A stretch of DNA of 64,000 nt from Planctomycetota bacterium (GCA_031409275.1 JANNXA010000050.1:32001-96000); one strand, 5' to 3'; shown: positions 43,189 through 53,604, numbered from the stretch's first letter. Numbers and translations: made by a program. The notes: a model not told the origin generated them from the letters alone.

Positions 43189-44061
43189 ATGAACCCCCAA
43201 CAATCGCCCTCGAGTCTCGTCGTGATCGGTGCTGGAACGATGGGACACGGTATCGCGCAAGTCGCTGCGCTAGCCGACCTTAAGGTCACACTGGTCGATC
43301 AGGATCGAGCTGCCCTCGAGCGCGGCCGGAAGCGGATCGACGAGCTCCTCGCCGGCGCCATCGCACGCGGCAAGTTGACCGAAGCGGACCGCGTGCGCGC
43401 CGTCGCCAATCTCTCGACCTCAACCGACGCGATCGCTGCCGCGCGCCAGTGCGACCTCGTCATCGAGGCGATCGTCGAGAAACTCGACGTCAAACAGGCG
43501 CTCTTCGCGCAACTCGAGGCGGTGGTGCCGCCGCACGCCATCCTCGCCAGCAACACCTCCTCGTTGCCGCTCACGAAGATCGCCGCGCCGCTCGCCCGTC
43601 CGGAACGGCTGATCGGCATGCACTTCTTCAACCCCGTCTTCCTGATGAAACTCGTCGAGATCGTCGTTCACCCGCGCACCAGCGCGGAAGCGAAGGCGGC
43701 CGTCCTCGACGTCACCCGACGCATGGGCAAGACCCCGATCGTGGTGAACGACTCGCCGGGGTTCGCGTCAAGCCGCCTCGGGGTCATCCTCGGGCTCGAG
43801 GCGATGCGCATGGTGGAGCAGGGCGTCGCCTCTCCGGCGGACATCGATACGGCGATGGAGCTGGGCTATAACCACCCCATGGGGCCCTTGAAGCTCACCG
43901 ACCTCGTCGGCCTCGACGTGCGCCTCGCCATCGCCGACACCCTCTCGAAAGAGATCGGCGGCGATCAGTACCGAGCGCCGCAACTACTGCGCGACATGGT
44001 CGCGCGCGGCGATCTCGGGAAGAAGAGCGGGAAGGGGTTCTACGACTGGAAGCAGGGGTAG
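43189..44061 (+). CDS. 3-hydroxyacyl/3-hydroxybutyryl-CoA dehydrogenase
   Basis: GAGTMGHG, IEAIVE, SNTSS, GMHFFNP, PMGP and LGKKSGKGFY. Confidence 0.95.
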   Translation: MNPQQSPSSLVVIGAGTMGHGIAQVAALADLKVTLVDQDRAALERGRKRIDELLAGAIARGKLTEADRVRAVANLSTSTDAIAAARQCDLVIEAIVEKLDVKQALFAQLEAVVPPHAILASNTSSLPLTKIAAPLARPERLIGMHFFNPVFLMKLVEIVVHPRTSAEAKAAVLDVTRRMGKTPIVVNDSPGFASSRLGVILGLEAMRMVEQGVASPADIDTAMELGYNHPMGPLKLTDLVGLDVRLAIADTLSKEIGGDQYRAPQLLRDMVARGDLGKKSGKGFYDWKQG

Positions 44062-44222
44062 CAGCCCGTTGGAGAAGTCACCGCGAGTCTGGCGAGCGGA
44101 TTTCGAGTCGGGACGAGGAGGAGGTTCGAAGCCAACTCCCCGGCGAGTTGTCGAGAGACTCCGACGAAGTACCGGCTTGAAAGACGCCGCCAGGCGACAC
44201 GGGGAGTTCTCCAACGGGCTGC
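44061..44222. mobile_element. MITE-like palindromic element with TA flanks
   Basis: Perfect inverted repeat TAGCAGCCCGTTGGAGAA (44059-76) / TTCTCCAACGGGCTGCTA (44207-24), with nested internal stems. Confidence 0.75.
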
Positions 44223-44336
44223 TAGACCGCGCCGCGCCACCGTCTTCTTGATGCGGCCTCCAGGCACGCGCGACCGTTCGAAGCGCTCGGCCACGGCTAA
44301 CCTGCGGCACCGTTTTGCGCCTGGCAGGATCGATTG

Positions 44337-47300
44337 ATGGGCCGCGTCGTCCGCACTCCCTTCCTCCTGAGCGGCATCTTCGCCGTCGCCCTGGCCGCCC
44401 CACTGCCCGCGCAGGAGGCGACTCCGGCCGGACCGCCTGCGCCGCTGACCGGCGTGGCCGAGGGCGACGCCCCCGGCGGTGTCGATTTTCGCGACGCCGA
44501 GGCGGTGCGCACCGAACTCGCCCGCGTGCGCGAGCTCTACGGCAAGCTCGACCCCGCCCTGCAGGCCAACCGTGCTCGACTGCTCCAGCGCCAGCAAGAC
44601 GCGCTCAGTCGGCAACGCGACTTTCTGGTCCAGCAAGGTCGGCTCGAGACGCTCCCGCAAGAGACCTCCGACGAAGCGCTCGCCGCCGCCGAAGCGCAAC
44701 GCGACGCCGCGCGCGCCGCGTTCCGTTCCTTCGATCCGAGCGGGCTGATCGACCATCTGCGCGAATTCGCGGACATCGAGGCGCTCACGCCACGGATCGC
44801 CACCGAGTTCGAGGAGCCGCTCGCCGCCGCGCAGCGGGCCGCCGAAGCGCTCGACAGCGAGCTCGCCGCCGTGACAAGCGAGGTCGAGGCCGCACCGCGC
44901 CGTCGCAGCGAAGCGTGGGCAGCTGCGGAATCGGCCGCCTCCGACCTCTTCGCGACCCGCACGCGCCTCGACAGCAGCGAGTTCGGCGCGGACGAGCGGG
45001 CCGACCTTTTCGAGCAGGCGCTCGCGGCGGAAGAGGAGCTGGTCCACCACCGCATGCGGGCGGCCTGGATCGAACAGGTGACACCGCTCCTCGAGAAGCG
45101 GCAGTCGCTCCTCTCCTCGCGCCAGCAGGCGGCACTCGCCGGCGCGGAGCTGGCCGAGGCGCGACTGGCGGTGGCCCGCCGCTACGCGCAAGAGCAGCTC
45201 GTCGCCGCGACCCGCGACGCCGAGGAGGAGGTGCGCGAACGCGAACGCCAGCTCGCGGCCAGCAGCGACGACGAGCAGCGCGCCATCAACGAAGCCGCGC
45301 TCGAGAATTCACGTCTGGCCGCGCAACAGCGCAGCGCGGAGGAGCAGGCGGCGGATCGCACGGCCGAGGTCGCCGCAGCTCAGCTCGCGCTGGCGGCAGC
45401 GATCGCGCAGCGCGATCGCTACGTCGCGCTCTACGGCGGCGACACCGGCGCCGACCCCGCGGCGCGTACGCCCGACGCGGTGCAGGTGAAACGGGAGATC
45501 GAAGAGCTGCAGGAGCAGACCCGCTACTTCGAGCACCAGTCTCGGCGAAGCGATCTGCGCACCGAGTTGCGCACCGCGCAAGATGCGCTCGACGCGGCGC
45601 AAGCGCAGGCGGAGTCCCGCGGCAAGGACCTGGTCCGGCAACGCGACGCCGCGCGAGCCGCCGCGACGGACAGCGCGTGGCGGACGCTCGAGCCCCGCTT
45701 CACGCAGCTCGGGAAGGAGCGAAGCGAGACGTTGGCGCTGCTCACCCGTTCGGCGATGCAGCGGGTCGACGCCATCGAGCGGCTGCTCGCCATCGAGTTG
45801 CAGACCTGGGAGGTGAGGAACGACGCGCTCGCGCTGTTGCGCAGCGCCAACCTCTTCCTGCACGAGGATCGACGCATCACCCGCGAAGCGATCGCGAGTG
45901 GCGCCGCCGACCTGATCGAGCTGCCGGCGTTCGCGCTCACCCAGTCCTCCGCCGCGCTCGGATGGGTCCGCGCCGAAGGCAACGTCGCACGTCTGCTGCG
46001 CTGCCTCGCCGCGCTCGTGCCGATCGCGCTGATGGCGCTGCTGGCGCGGCTCTGGCTCACGCGGCGCATCGCCCGCCTGGCCGCGCTCGAGTCGGTCGCC
46101 AGCCTGCCGGTGCGCAGCGCCTTGCTTCTCGCGCACCTCGGCCGCGTCGCATGCACCGCGGCGTTCTTCTGGGCCGCACCGCACGTCATCACCGCACTCT
46201 TGCCGGCGCTGCCCGAGCGGATCGGCGAACTGCTCCACGACCTCGGCATCCTCTTCGCCGGCCTCTGGGCCGGTCTCGGGCTCAGCCGCGAACTGCTCCG
46301 TCCCGACCCGCCCGAGCGAATGGTGCTCGCGGTCGATCGCGCCACCGCGCGCCGCGTCGGCATCGGCGTCACGTTCCTGCTGTGGCTCTCGCTCGGCGTC
46401 TTCGCGCTCGACCGGCTGCTGGAGGCTTTCGCCTGGCGCAACGTCGGCGCCATGGCCGCCATCGACCTGGCCTACAAGGCGGTGGCCGGCGCGGTCGTGA
46501 TGTTCCTGCTGCTCGAGCGGCAGCTCGTCTTCAGTCTGCTGCCGCCGCCGGAACGGGCCATCGGCCGCCTGTTGCGGCGCATCGCGGCGCTGGTGCAGCC
46601 GCTGCTGGTCCTGCTGGTGCCGACCGTCGTCGTCCTCGATGGCGTCGGCTTTCGCATCCTCGCCGCCTTCATCACTCGCATCGCGGTCCTGCTGCTCGCC
46701 GCGTTCCCGATCGGATCGATCGCCTACCAGATCATCGTCTTCGCCCTGGAACGGTGGCGAGCGCGCGAGCTCGCCCGCCCGCTCGCAAGCGAACGCGATC
46801 TGGCGCGAGTGGCCGCGGTCGACGAACTGGTCCGCTTCGTCGCCCGCGTCGCCGTCATCCTGCTGGTGGGCTTCGTGCTGCTGCAGGTCACCGGGACCTC
46901 CTTCGCCAGCCTCCGCCGATTCTTCGAGCGGCCGCTGCCACTCCAGGATGGGACCGACCTCGCCGCGCGCCGCAGCTGGTGGGACGTGCTCGTCGCGCTG
47001 CTGATCGCCTTCCTCGCGCTGCGGTTCGCGCGCCACGTGAAGATCCTGCTCGAAGGCGTCGTGCTGCCTGCCACGCAGTTCGCGCGGAGCACGCAGTACA
47101 CGATCACGACGCTCGCGGTCTACCTGCTGCACGGTTTCGGCTTCTGGCTCGCGCTGAGCCAGGTGCTCGACGTCCGCAACCTCGGCTACCTCGTCGCCGC
47201 GCTGTCGGTCGGCATCGGCTTCGGCCTGCAGGAGATCATCAGCAACTTCGTCTCAGGCCTGATCCTGCTGATCGAACGACCGCTCAAACCGGGTGACACG

Positions 47301-47816
47301 ATCGCGCTTGGCGACGGCTCCATCGGCACGGTGCGCGAGCTCGGCATCCGGGCCACCACGATCCAGACCGGCGACAACGTCCACATCCTGGTACCCAACC
47401 GCGAGTTCATCACCCAACGAGTCGTGAACTACGACACGATCGACCCGAAGATCCGCATCGCCGTCGATGTCGGTGTCGCGTACGGAAGCGACGTGAAGCG
47501 GGTGCGCGACGTGCTGCTCGAGGTCGCCGCGAAGGACGGGCGCGTGATGAAGCGACCCGTTCCCGAGGTGCTGTTCACCGCGTTCGGCGAGAGCTCCCTC
47601 GACTTCCGCCTCGGCGTCTGGCTCGAGGACAGCTCGCAGAACGCGCGCATCGCCAGCGACCTGCGCTTCGCCATCGACGCGGCATTCGCTCGCGCCGCCA
47701 TCGCCATTCCGTTCCCCACGCGCGAGCTGCGTCTGTCGGCGGACGCGCCGCTGCGCGTGCGAATCGACGGAGCTGCGCCGCCCGTGCCCCCGCCCGCCGC
47801 CCCGCCTGGAGCTTGA
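44337..47816 (+). CDS. Large MscS-family mechanosensitive channel (MscK-like)
   Basis: Signal peptide, long coiled coil, multi-TM region and GIGFGLQEIISNFVSGLILL...VPN...VAYGSD. Confidence 0.93.
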   Translation: MGRVVRTPFLLSGIFAVALAAPLPAQEATPAGPPAPLTGVAEGDAPGGVDFRDAEAVRTELARVRELYGKLDPALQANRARLLQRQQDALSRQRDFLVQQGRLETLPQETSDEALAAAEAQRDAARAAFRSFDPSGLIDHLREFADIEALTPRIATEFEEPLAAAQRAAEALDSELAAVTSEVEAAPRRRSEAWAAAESAASDLFATRTRLDSSEFGADERADLFEQALAAEEELVHHRMRAAWIEQVTPLLEKRQSLLSSRQQAALAGAELAEARLAVARRYAQEQLVAATRDAEEEVRERERQLAASSDDEQRAINEAALENSRLAAQQRSAEEQAADRTAEVAAAQLALAAAIAQRDRYVALYGGDTGADPAARTPDAVQVKREIEELQEQTRYFEHQSRRSDLRTELRTAQDALDAAQAQAESRGKDLVRQRDAARAAATDSAWRTLEPRFTQLGKERSETLALLTRSAMQRVDAIERLLAIELQTWEVRNDALALLRSANLFLHEDRRITREAIASGAADLIELPAFALTQSSAALGWVRAEGNVARLLRCLAALVPIALMALLARLWLTRRIARLAALESVASLPVRSALLLAHLGRVACTAAFFWAAPHVITALLPALPERIGELLHDLGILFAGLWAGLGLSRELLRPDPPERMVLAVDRATARRVGIGVTFLLWLSLGVFALDRLLEAFAWRNVGAMAAIDLAYKAVAGAVVMFLLLERQLVFSLLPPPERAIGRLLRRIAALVQPLLVLLVPTVVVLDGVGFRILAAFITRIAVLLLAAFPIGSIAYQIIVFALERWRARELARPLASERDLARVAAVDELVRFVARVAVILLVGFVLLQVTGTSFASLRRFFERPLPLQDGTDLAARRSWWDVLVALLIAFLALRFARHVKILLEGVVLPATQFARSTQYTITTLAVYLLHGFGFWLALSQVLDVRNLGYLVAALSVGIGFGLQEIISNFVSGLILLIERPLKPGDTIALGDGSIGTVRELGIRATTIQTGDNVHILVPNREFITQRVVNYDTIDPKIRIAVDVGVAYGSDVKRVRDVLLEVAAKDGRVMKRPVPEVLFTAFGESSLDFRLGVWLEDSSQNARIASDLRFAIDAAFARAAIAIPFPTRELRLSADAPLRVRIDGAAPPVPPPAAPPGA

Positions 47817-47820
47817 TTCG

Positions 47821-48777
47821 ATGCTGCGTACCCATCGGCTCGTCGGCGGCCACTGGAACACCGAGGAGGGCATCGCCGCGGCGCGTGCCGCCGCCGTCGC
47901 GCGCGAACAGCAGTCGGCGTGGGTCGAGGCGATCGCGCCGAACGCCAGCGAGCAGGAAGTGCTGCGCGACGCTTGGAAACTGCCCGCCGAGTGGATCGAT
48001 GCAGCGCTCGAAGAGCAGCATCCACCGCGCCTCGTCGAGCGCGACGACATGCTGTTCGCGGTCGTTCACGTGCCCAAGCCGGGGATGGAAGTCGCGACAC
48101 GCAAGCTCTGCATCTTCCTTGGCGGACACTGGCTGGTGACCGTCGTGCGCGTGCCGCTGCCCCTCCTCGACCCGCTCCACTTGGTGCTCTGCCGCAACGC
48201 TGCCTACTACCTTGCGTTGCCGGAGCGCATCGTGCACGCGCTGCTGCACCACATGGCCGACATCTTCGAGGAGCGCATCGACGAGAGCATCGACCTCGCC
48301 GAGGAGCTCGAGGAAGGCGCGATGGGACACGAGGCGGGGATCCTCCCGCGCCTCCATCAACTGCGTCGTCGCACCGCGACGTTCGCACGCGTCCTGCGCG
48401 CCCAGCGCGACGTCTGCCAGGCGCTCGCGCGTGGAGGCCACCCGCTCTTCTCGCGCGAGATCGAGCCCTACCTGCGCGATGTCGCCGACCACATGCTGCG
48501 CATCTACGACCTGCTCGAAGCGGTGCGCGACAGCATCCTCGCCGCGCGCGACGGCCACCTCACCGCGATGAATCACCAGCTGAACGTGACCATGCGCACG
48601 CTCACCGCGGTCGCCACCACGCTGCTGCCGCTGAGCCTCATCGCCGGCATCTACGGCATGAACTTCGATCACCTGCCGCTGCTCCATTCGCCGTGGGGGC
48701 TGCCGATCGTGCTGGCCGTGATGGCCACCATCGGCCTGCTGGTGTGGCGCTGGCTGCACCGCAATCGTTGGCTCTGA
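47821..48777 (+). CDS. corA: CorA-family Mg/Co transporter
   Basis: C-terminal 2 TM segments with YGMNF. Confidence 0.9.
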   Translation: MLRTHRLVGGHWNTEEGIAAARAAAVAREQQSAWVEAIAPNASEQEVLRDAWKLPAEWIDAALEEQHPPRLVERDDMLFAVVHVPKPGMEVATRKLCIFLGGHWLVTVVRVPLPLLDPLHLVLCRNAAYYLALPERIVHALLHHMADIFEERIDESIDLAEELEEGAMGHEAGILPRLHQLRRRTATFARVLRAQRDVCQALARGGHPLFSREIEPYLRDVADHMLRIYDLLEAVRDSILAARDGHLTAMNHQLNVTMRTLTAVATTLLPLSLIAGIYGMNFDHLPLLHSPWGLPIVLAVMATIGLLVWRWLHRNRWL

Positions 48778-48813
48778 ACCGCGGCAACGCCGCGCGGCCG
48801 CGCGATGGCGGCG

Positions 48814-49839
48814 CTACTGCGGCGGGTTCGCCGTGACCTCCTGGCTCCGCTTGACGAGGCTGGCCACGATGGCCGTTCCGAGGATCCCGAACACCACTCC
48901 GAGCGAAGTCGACGTGCCGAGGTGGACGTCGAAACCGACCGCGACCATCTTCGCGCCGATGAACATGAGCACCAGCGCGAGGCCGACGTTCAGGTAACGG
49001 AACGCGGCCATCAGCAGCGCCAGCAGCACGAAGAAGCTGCGCAGTCCGAGGATCGCGAAGACGTTCGACGTGTAGACGATGAACGGGTCGAGCGTCACCC
49101 CGAAGATCGCCGGGATCGAATCGACCGCGAAGACGACGTCGCTCGCCTCGACCATCAGCAGGCAGAGGAAGAGGGTCGTCGCGCAACGCTTGCCGTGCTC
49201 GACCACGAAGAAGCGCCCATCGTGCGGCGCGTCGCTCATCGGCAGGACTCGACGCAGCGAACGCAGCATCCAGCTCTTGCCCGGATCGCTCTCTTCGTCC
49301 TTCTTGGCCAGCAGCTTCGCGCCGGTCAGCACCAGGAAGAACCCGAATCCGTACGCGAGCCAGGTGAAGCGCTGCAGCAACGCCGTGCCCGCAACGATGA
49401 AGAGGGCGCGCAGGACCAGTGCACCGAGGATGCCCCAGAAGAGGACGCGGTGCTGGTGCCTGCGCTCGACGCCGAAGAACTTGAACAGGAGCAGGAAGAC
49501 GAAGAGGTTGTCGAACGAGAGCGACAACTCGACGACGTAGCCGGTGAGGAACTCCTGCGCCGGCGCGGCGCCGAGCTTCCACGCGATGAAGCCGCAGAAG
49601 AGCAGCGCCAGCAGCACGAACGCGCCGCCCGTGACCGCCGCCTCGCGCATGCGCACCTCGTGCGCCTTGCGATGCAGCACGAAGAGATCGAGGAAGAGCA
49701 CGCCGCCGACCACGAGCCCGAACAGGACCCACAGCCGCCAGTCGGCCGCGAGGCGCGCGGGCAGTTCGGCTCCCTGACCTGGAACCACGTCCTGCAGTGC
49801 GCGCAGCGGCGCGCCAGCGATTGCCGCGAAGCTCATCAT
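48814..49839 (-). CDS. TerC/Alx-family metal homeostasis membrane protein
   Basis: ELSLSFDNLFVF, GILGALVLR, DVVFAVDSIPA and FAILGLR. Confidence 0.93.
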   Translation of the reverse strand: MMSFAAIAGAPLRALQDVVPGQGAELPARLAADWRLWVLFGLVVGGVLFLDLFVLHRKAHEVRMREAAVTGGAFVLLALLFCGFIAWKLGAAPAQEFLTGYVVELSLSFDNLFVFLLLFKFFGVERRHQHRVLFWGILGALVLRALFIVAGTALLQRFTWLAYGFGFFLVLTGAKLLAKKDEESDPGKSWMLRSLRRVLPMSDAPHDGRFFVVEHGKRCATTLFLCLLMVEASDVVFAVDSIPAIFGVTLDPFIVYTSNVFAILGLRSFFVLLALLMAAFRYLNVGLALVLMFIGAKMVAVGFDVHLGTSTSLGVVFGILGTAIVASLVKRSQEVTANPPQ

Positions 49840-50498
49840 CGACGCCAGGTCAGGTCGTCGAACTGGGTGCGCGCGTCGGCCTTCGTCCACAAGCCGATGC
49901 GACCGGCGTCGAATCCACTGACCGCGTCGACATCGCAAAGGCAGAGCAGCTGCTCGGCGCCGTCGACCGATACGGTGAAGCGTTCGTCGTCGAACGTGAC
50001 GGCCAGCAGGTGCCAACCGTCGCCAAGCGCGAGGTCCACGCTGTCGAGCAGCTGCCGCTTCCCGTCCTTCACGACGAACGCGCGCAGGTTCTTCTCCAGC
50101 GGGTTGAAGCGCGCCAGGAAGTAGTTCTTCGAGTCCTGCGCCAACCAGACCAGGCCGCCGCCTTGATCGATCACGCCGTCGAGCGCCCGGAAAACGACCG
50201 AAGCGCTCCCTTCATCGGCCTCGACGCCGGTCAACAGCGCGAGGTTGAAGTCCTCCTTGCCGCGCTGCTCCGACTGCTCGATCACCTGCGGCGGCGACGG
50301 CGCGTCGCTGACGGCGACGCTGCGCCAGGTGCCGCTCAAGGGCTCCAGGAAGCCGAGCGAACGGAACCGATCGGACTCCGGCTGCGTGCTGACGGCGAGG
50401 TTGTTCCAGCTGTTCACTCGCTGGGAAGCGCAGCCGGCGGCAAGCGCCAGCGCTGCGAGAGTGCCGGTTCGCCGCTTCCAATGCGAGTGAGTCGCCAT
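49836..50498 (-). CDS. Lipoprotein with a concanavalin/LamG-like beta-sandwich
   Basis: Lipobox LAAGC, plus DQGGGLVW, WHLL.V and GRIGLWTKAD...FDDL. Its stop overlaps the TerC start. Confidence 0.8.
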   Translation of the reverse strand: MATHSHWKRRTGTLAALALAAGCASQRVNSWNNLAVSTQPESDRFRSLGFLEPLSGTWRSVAVSDAPSPPQVIEQSEQRGKEDFNLALLTGVEADEGSASVVFRALDGVIDQGGGLVWLAQDSKNYFLARFNPLEKNLRAFVVKDGKRQLLDSVDLALGDGWHLLAVTFDDERFTVSVDGAEQLLCLCDVDAVSGFDAGRIGLWTKADARTQFDDLTWRR

Positions 50499-50672
50499 CG
50501 CCGCTGCCTGCTCCATCAAGTGCCGATGCCGGCGTTTCAGGGTCGTGGAGTGTAGCGGCCACGCGCGCCAGGATTCGTGCTGCGAAGCCAGCCCGACCAC
50601 CGCGCCGACGTCATCGAATTCCTCGCCACGACGGCGCAACCGACGCGGCGGCGCTCCTATACTTCGCCGCCC

Positions 50673-51971
50673 ATGACGCAAGCGACCGCCAACACCAGTC
50701 CGCGCAGCAAGGGGCGCTCCCCGCTGCTGTTCATCTTCCTCACGGTCTTCATCGATCTGCTCGGCTTCGGGATCGTCATCCCGCTCATGCCGACCTATTC
50801 GAAGTGGTTCGGCGCGAGCGGCTTCACTTTGGCGCTCATGCAGTCGTCGTTCTCGGCGATGCAGTTCTTCTTCGCGCCGATGTGGGGGCGCCTCTCCGAT
50901 CGCATCGGACGCCGCCCGGTCCTGATCGGCGGCCTCATCGGGACGTCGCTTTCCTATGTCGTCTTCGCCAACGCGTCGTCGCTCACGATGCTGTTCGCGT
51001 CGCGCCTGCTGGCCGGCTTCTGCGCCGCCAACCTCTCCGCCGCGCAGGCCTACATCGCCGACGTCACCGAGGAGAAGGATCGCGCCAAGGGCATGGGGAT
51101 GATCGGCGCGGCGTTCGGACTCGGCTTCACCTTCGGGCCGCTGCTCGGCGTGATGACGAGCCGCAGCCATGACGGCGCGCAGTCGCTGCCGTCGCTCCCT
51201 GGCTACCTCGCCGCCGGGCTGTCGCTCGCCGCGGCGCTGTTTGGCTACCTGAAGCTGCCCGAGCCCGCCGTGCGCCGCACCGGCATGCGCCTGTTCCAGC
51301 TCGGCGAGCTGAAGAAGGCGCTCGCGAACGGCCGGACCGGAATCCTGATCGTCCTCAACTTCCTGAACCTCTTCGCCTTCTCCTGCTTCGAGGCGATGTT
51401 CATCCTCTTCGGCCTCGCGCGCTTCCCCGCCAAGTTCGGGCTCGATGTCGCCATCGAGAATGCGTCGCTGAGCCAGGTCATCGAGGCGGGCCGCTACGCC
51501 GGCAAGTACATGTTCGCGATCGGCATCCTCTCGGCGCTGGTGCAGGGCGGCTTCATCCGCCGCCTCGTGCCGAAGTACGGCGAGGCGCGCCTGATCGTGG
51601 TCGGCCCTTTCATCCTCGCCATCGCGCTCGCGACCGTCGGCTTCGCCACCAACTGGTGGGTCGTGATCGGCGGCTGCTTCCTGATGCCGTTCGGCTTCGG
51701 GCTCTCGAACCCCTCGGTGCCAGGCCTGCTCTCGCGCGCCGCCCCGGCCGATCGACAAGGCTCGTATCTCGGCATGTGCCAGTCCGCCGGCAGCCTGGCG
51801 CGCGCGACGGCGCCTGCGTGCGCCGGCATCGTCTTCGACCAGGTCGGCCCGAACGCGCCATTCCTGATGGCGGCGGCGGTCCTGGTCGGCACCACGCTGC
51901 TGGCCAACGGCTACCGCTCGCGCTTCGGCGCCAGCTTCGCCACCGCGGCTCCCACCAGGAACGGAGCATGA
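50673..51971 (+). CDS. MFS transporter (TetA/DHA1-like)
   Basis: DLLGFGIVIP, GRLSDRIGRRPV, AYIAD and GFTFGP. Confidence 0.93.
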   Translation: MTQATANTSPRSKGRSPLLFIFLTVFIDLLGFGIVIPLMPTYSKWFGASGFTLALMQSSFSAMQFFFAPMWGRLSDRIGRRPVLIGGLIGTSLSYVVFANASSLTMLFASRLLAGFCAANLSAAQAYIADVTEEKDRAKGMGMIGAAFGLGFTFGPLLGVMTSRSHDGAQSLPSLPGYLAAGLSLAAALFGYLKLPEPAVRRTGMRLFQLGELKKALANGRTGILIVLNFLNLFAFSCFEAMFILFGLARFPAKFGLDVAIENASLSQVIEAGRYAGKYMFAIGILSALVQGGFIRRLVPKYGEARLIVVGPFILAIALATVGFATNWWVVIGGCFLMPFGFGLSNPSVPGLLSRAAPADRQGSYLGMCQSAGSLARATAPACAGIVFDQVGPNAPFLMAAAVLVGTTLLANGYRSRFGASFATAAPTRNGA

Positions 51972-52465
51972 ACCCGCCGCCCCCCGCCGCCCCCACGCCG
52001 CCGACCGAGCTCTCCGTGCAGGAGCGCTACTCGCCGCAGAGCATCTGCTTTGGCTGCGGGCCAGCGAACGCGCAGGGACTGCACATCCGCAGTTTCCTCG
52101 TGGGCGAGGAGCTCGTGGCGCAGTGGCACGCGCAACCGCACCACCAGGCGTTCCCGGGAATGCTGAACGGCGGCATCACCGGCGCCTTGCTCGACTGCCA
52201 CAGCAATTGGATGGCGGCGATGCACCTGATGAAGGCCGCCGGCCTCGAACAGCCGCCGTGCACCGTCACCGCCGAATTCGCGGTCAAGCTGAAGCGTCCG
52301 ACGCCGGTCGAAGGGGCGCTGACGATTCGCGCGCGAGTCGTCGAGTCGACGTCGGATCGCGCCGTGATCGACGCCACCCTCGATGCGAACGGCAAGGTCA
52401 CGGCCACCTGCCGCGGGATCTTCGTCGCCGTCAAGCCAGGCCACCCCGCCTACCACCGCTGGTAA
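51968..52465 (+). CDS. PaaI-family (hotdog) thioesterase
   Basis: CFGCG..N..GL, NGG...LLD and VTAEF.V.LKRP. Confidence 0.9.
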   Translation: MNPPPPAAPTPPTELSVQERYSPQSICFGCGPANAQGLHIRSFLVGEELVAQWHAQPHHQAFPGMLNGGITGALLDCHSNWMAAMHLMKAAGLEQPPCTVTAEFAVKLKRPTPVEGALTIRARVVESTSDRAVIDATLDANGKVTATCRGIFVAVKPGHPAYHRW

Positions 52466-52475
52466 GGTCCGCTCC

Positions 52476-53039
52476 ATGAGCAAGAAGAAGTCGCCTCCGC
52501 TGCCCCCCATCGTCGGCGTGCTGATGAGCACCAAGGGCGAATGGGAAACGCTGCAGCACACCAGCGATACGTTGAAGAAGCTCGACGTGCCGCACGAGTG
52601 CCTGATCATCTCGGCGCATCGCACGCCCGATTTCCTCGCGGACTACGCGCGCAGCGCCGAAGAGCGCGGCCTGCAGGTGCTGATCGCGGGCGCGAGTGGC
52701 GCCGCCCATCTGCCTGGCATGCTCGCGGCGCACACGCTGCTGCCGGTGTTCGGCGTGCCGCTCGAGAGTCACGCGCTGAAGGGGATGGACTCGCTGCTCT
52801 CCATCGCGCAGATGCCGGCCGGAGTGCCGGTCGGGACGCTCGCCATCGGCAAGTCGGGCGCGATCAACGCCGCGCTGCTCGCCGTCGCGATGCTGGCGCG
52901 CCACGACGCGGAGCTGCGCGAACGCTGGGCGACCTTCCGCCGCGAGCAGAACGAGCGGGTGCGCGCCGAACGGGTCGGTCCGGTGAGCCGTGCCCCCGCC
53001 GCGCCCGGCCTCGCACCGAAGACGCAATCGGCAGGCTGA
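52476..53039 (+). CDS. purE: N5-CAIR mutase PurE, divergent copy
   Basis: SAHRTP, AAHLPGM, DSLLSIAQMPAGVPV and NAALLA. The N-terminal loop reads MSTKGE. Confidence 0.88.
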   Translation: MSKKKSPPLPPIVGVLMSTKGEWETLQHTSDTLKKLDVPHECLIISAHRTPDFLADYARSAEERGLQVLIAGASGAAHLPGMLAAHTLLPVFGVPLESHALKGMDSLLSIAQMPAGVPVGTLAIGKSGAINAALLAVAMLARHDAELRERWATFRREQNERVRAERVGPVSRAPAAPGLAPKTQSAG

Positions 53040-53089
53040 TCGCCGCAGCGCCGCGCGCACGCTCCGCCCCCACACCGCACGAGGAAACG

Positions 53090-53599
53090 ATGAGCACTGC
53101 CAAGGTCGGGATCGTCATGGGCTCGGCTTCGGACCTGCCGAAGCTCGAGCGGGCGATCGAAGTCCTGAAGGGGCTGTCCATCAGCGTCGAGGTGCGCGTG
53201 ATGTCGGCGCATCGCACGCCCGAAGATGTCGGCGAATGGGCCAGCAGCGCCGCGAAGCGCGGTCTGCAGGTGCTGATCGCGGCTGCCGGTGGCGCCGCAC
53301 ACCTCGCGGGCGCCGTCGCCGCTCGCACGCTGCTGCCGGTCATCGGCATCCCGGTCGCGACGGAACCGTTCAACGGCCTCGACTCGCTGCTCGCCACCGT
53401 CCAGATGCCGCCTGGCGTTCCGGTCGCCACGGTCTCCGCCGGTGCGTGGGGCGCCGAGAACGCCGCGTTGCTCGCCGCGCAGATCCTCGCCCTTTCCGAC
53501 TACGAGCTCGCGGCGCGCCTCGCTGCCGACCGCGCCAAGCGCGCCGACAAGGCGCGCCAGGCCGATCGCGACCTGCAGCAGGGCCGCAAGGGCAGCTGA
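53090..53599 (+). CDS. purE: N5-CAIR mutase PurE
   Basis: MGSASD, SAHRTP, AAHLAG, QMPPGVPVATV and NAALLA. Confidence 0.93.
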   Translation: MSTAKVGIVMGSASDLPKLERAIEVLKGLSISVEVRVMSAHRTPEDVGEWASSAAKRGLQVLIAAAGGAAHLAGAVAARTLLPVIGIPVATEPFNGLDSLLATVQMPPGVPVATVSAGAWGAENAALLAAQILALSDYELAARLAADRAKRADKARQADRDLQQGRKGS

Positions 53600-53604
53600 G
53601 CGCG

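Noticed and set aside
49840..50570. yybP-ykoY riboswitch upstream of the TerC/Alx gene
   Set aside because: The region is occupied by a lipoprotein CDS overlapping the TerC start, and no motif was recognised by eye.
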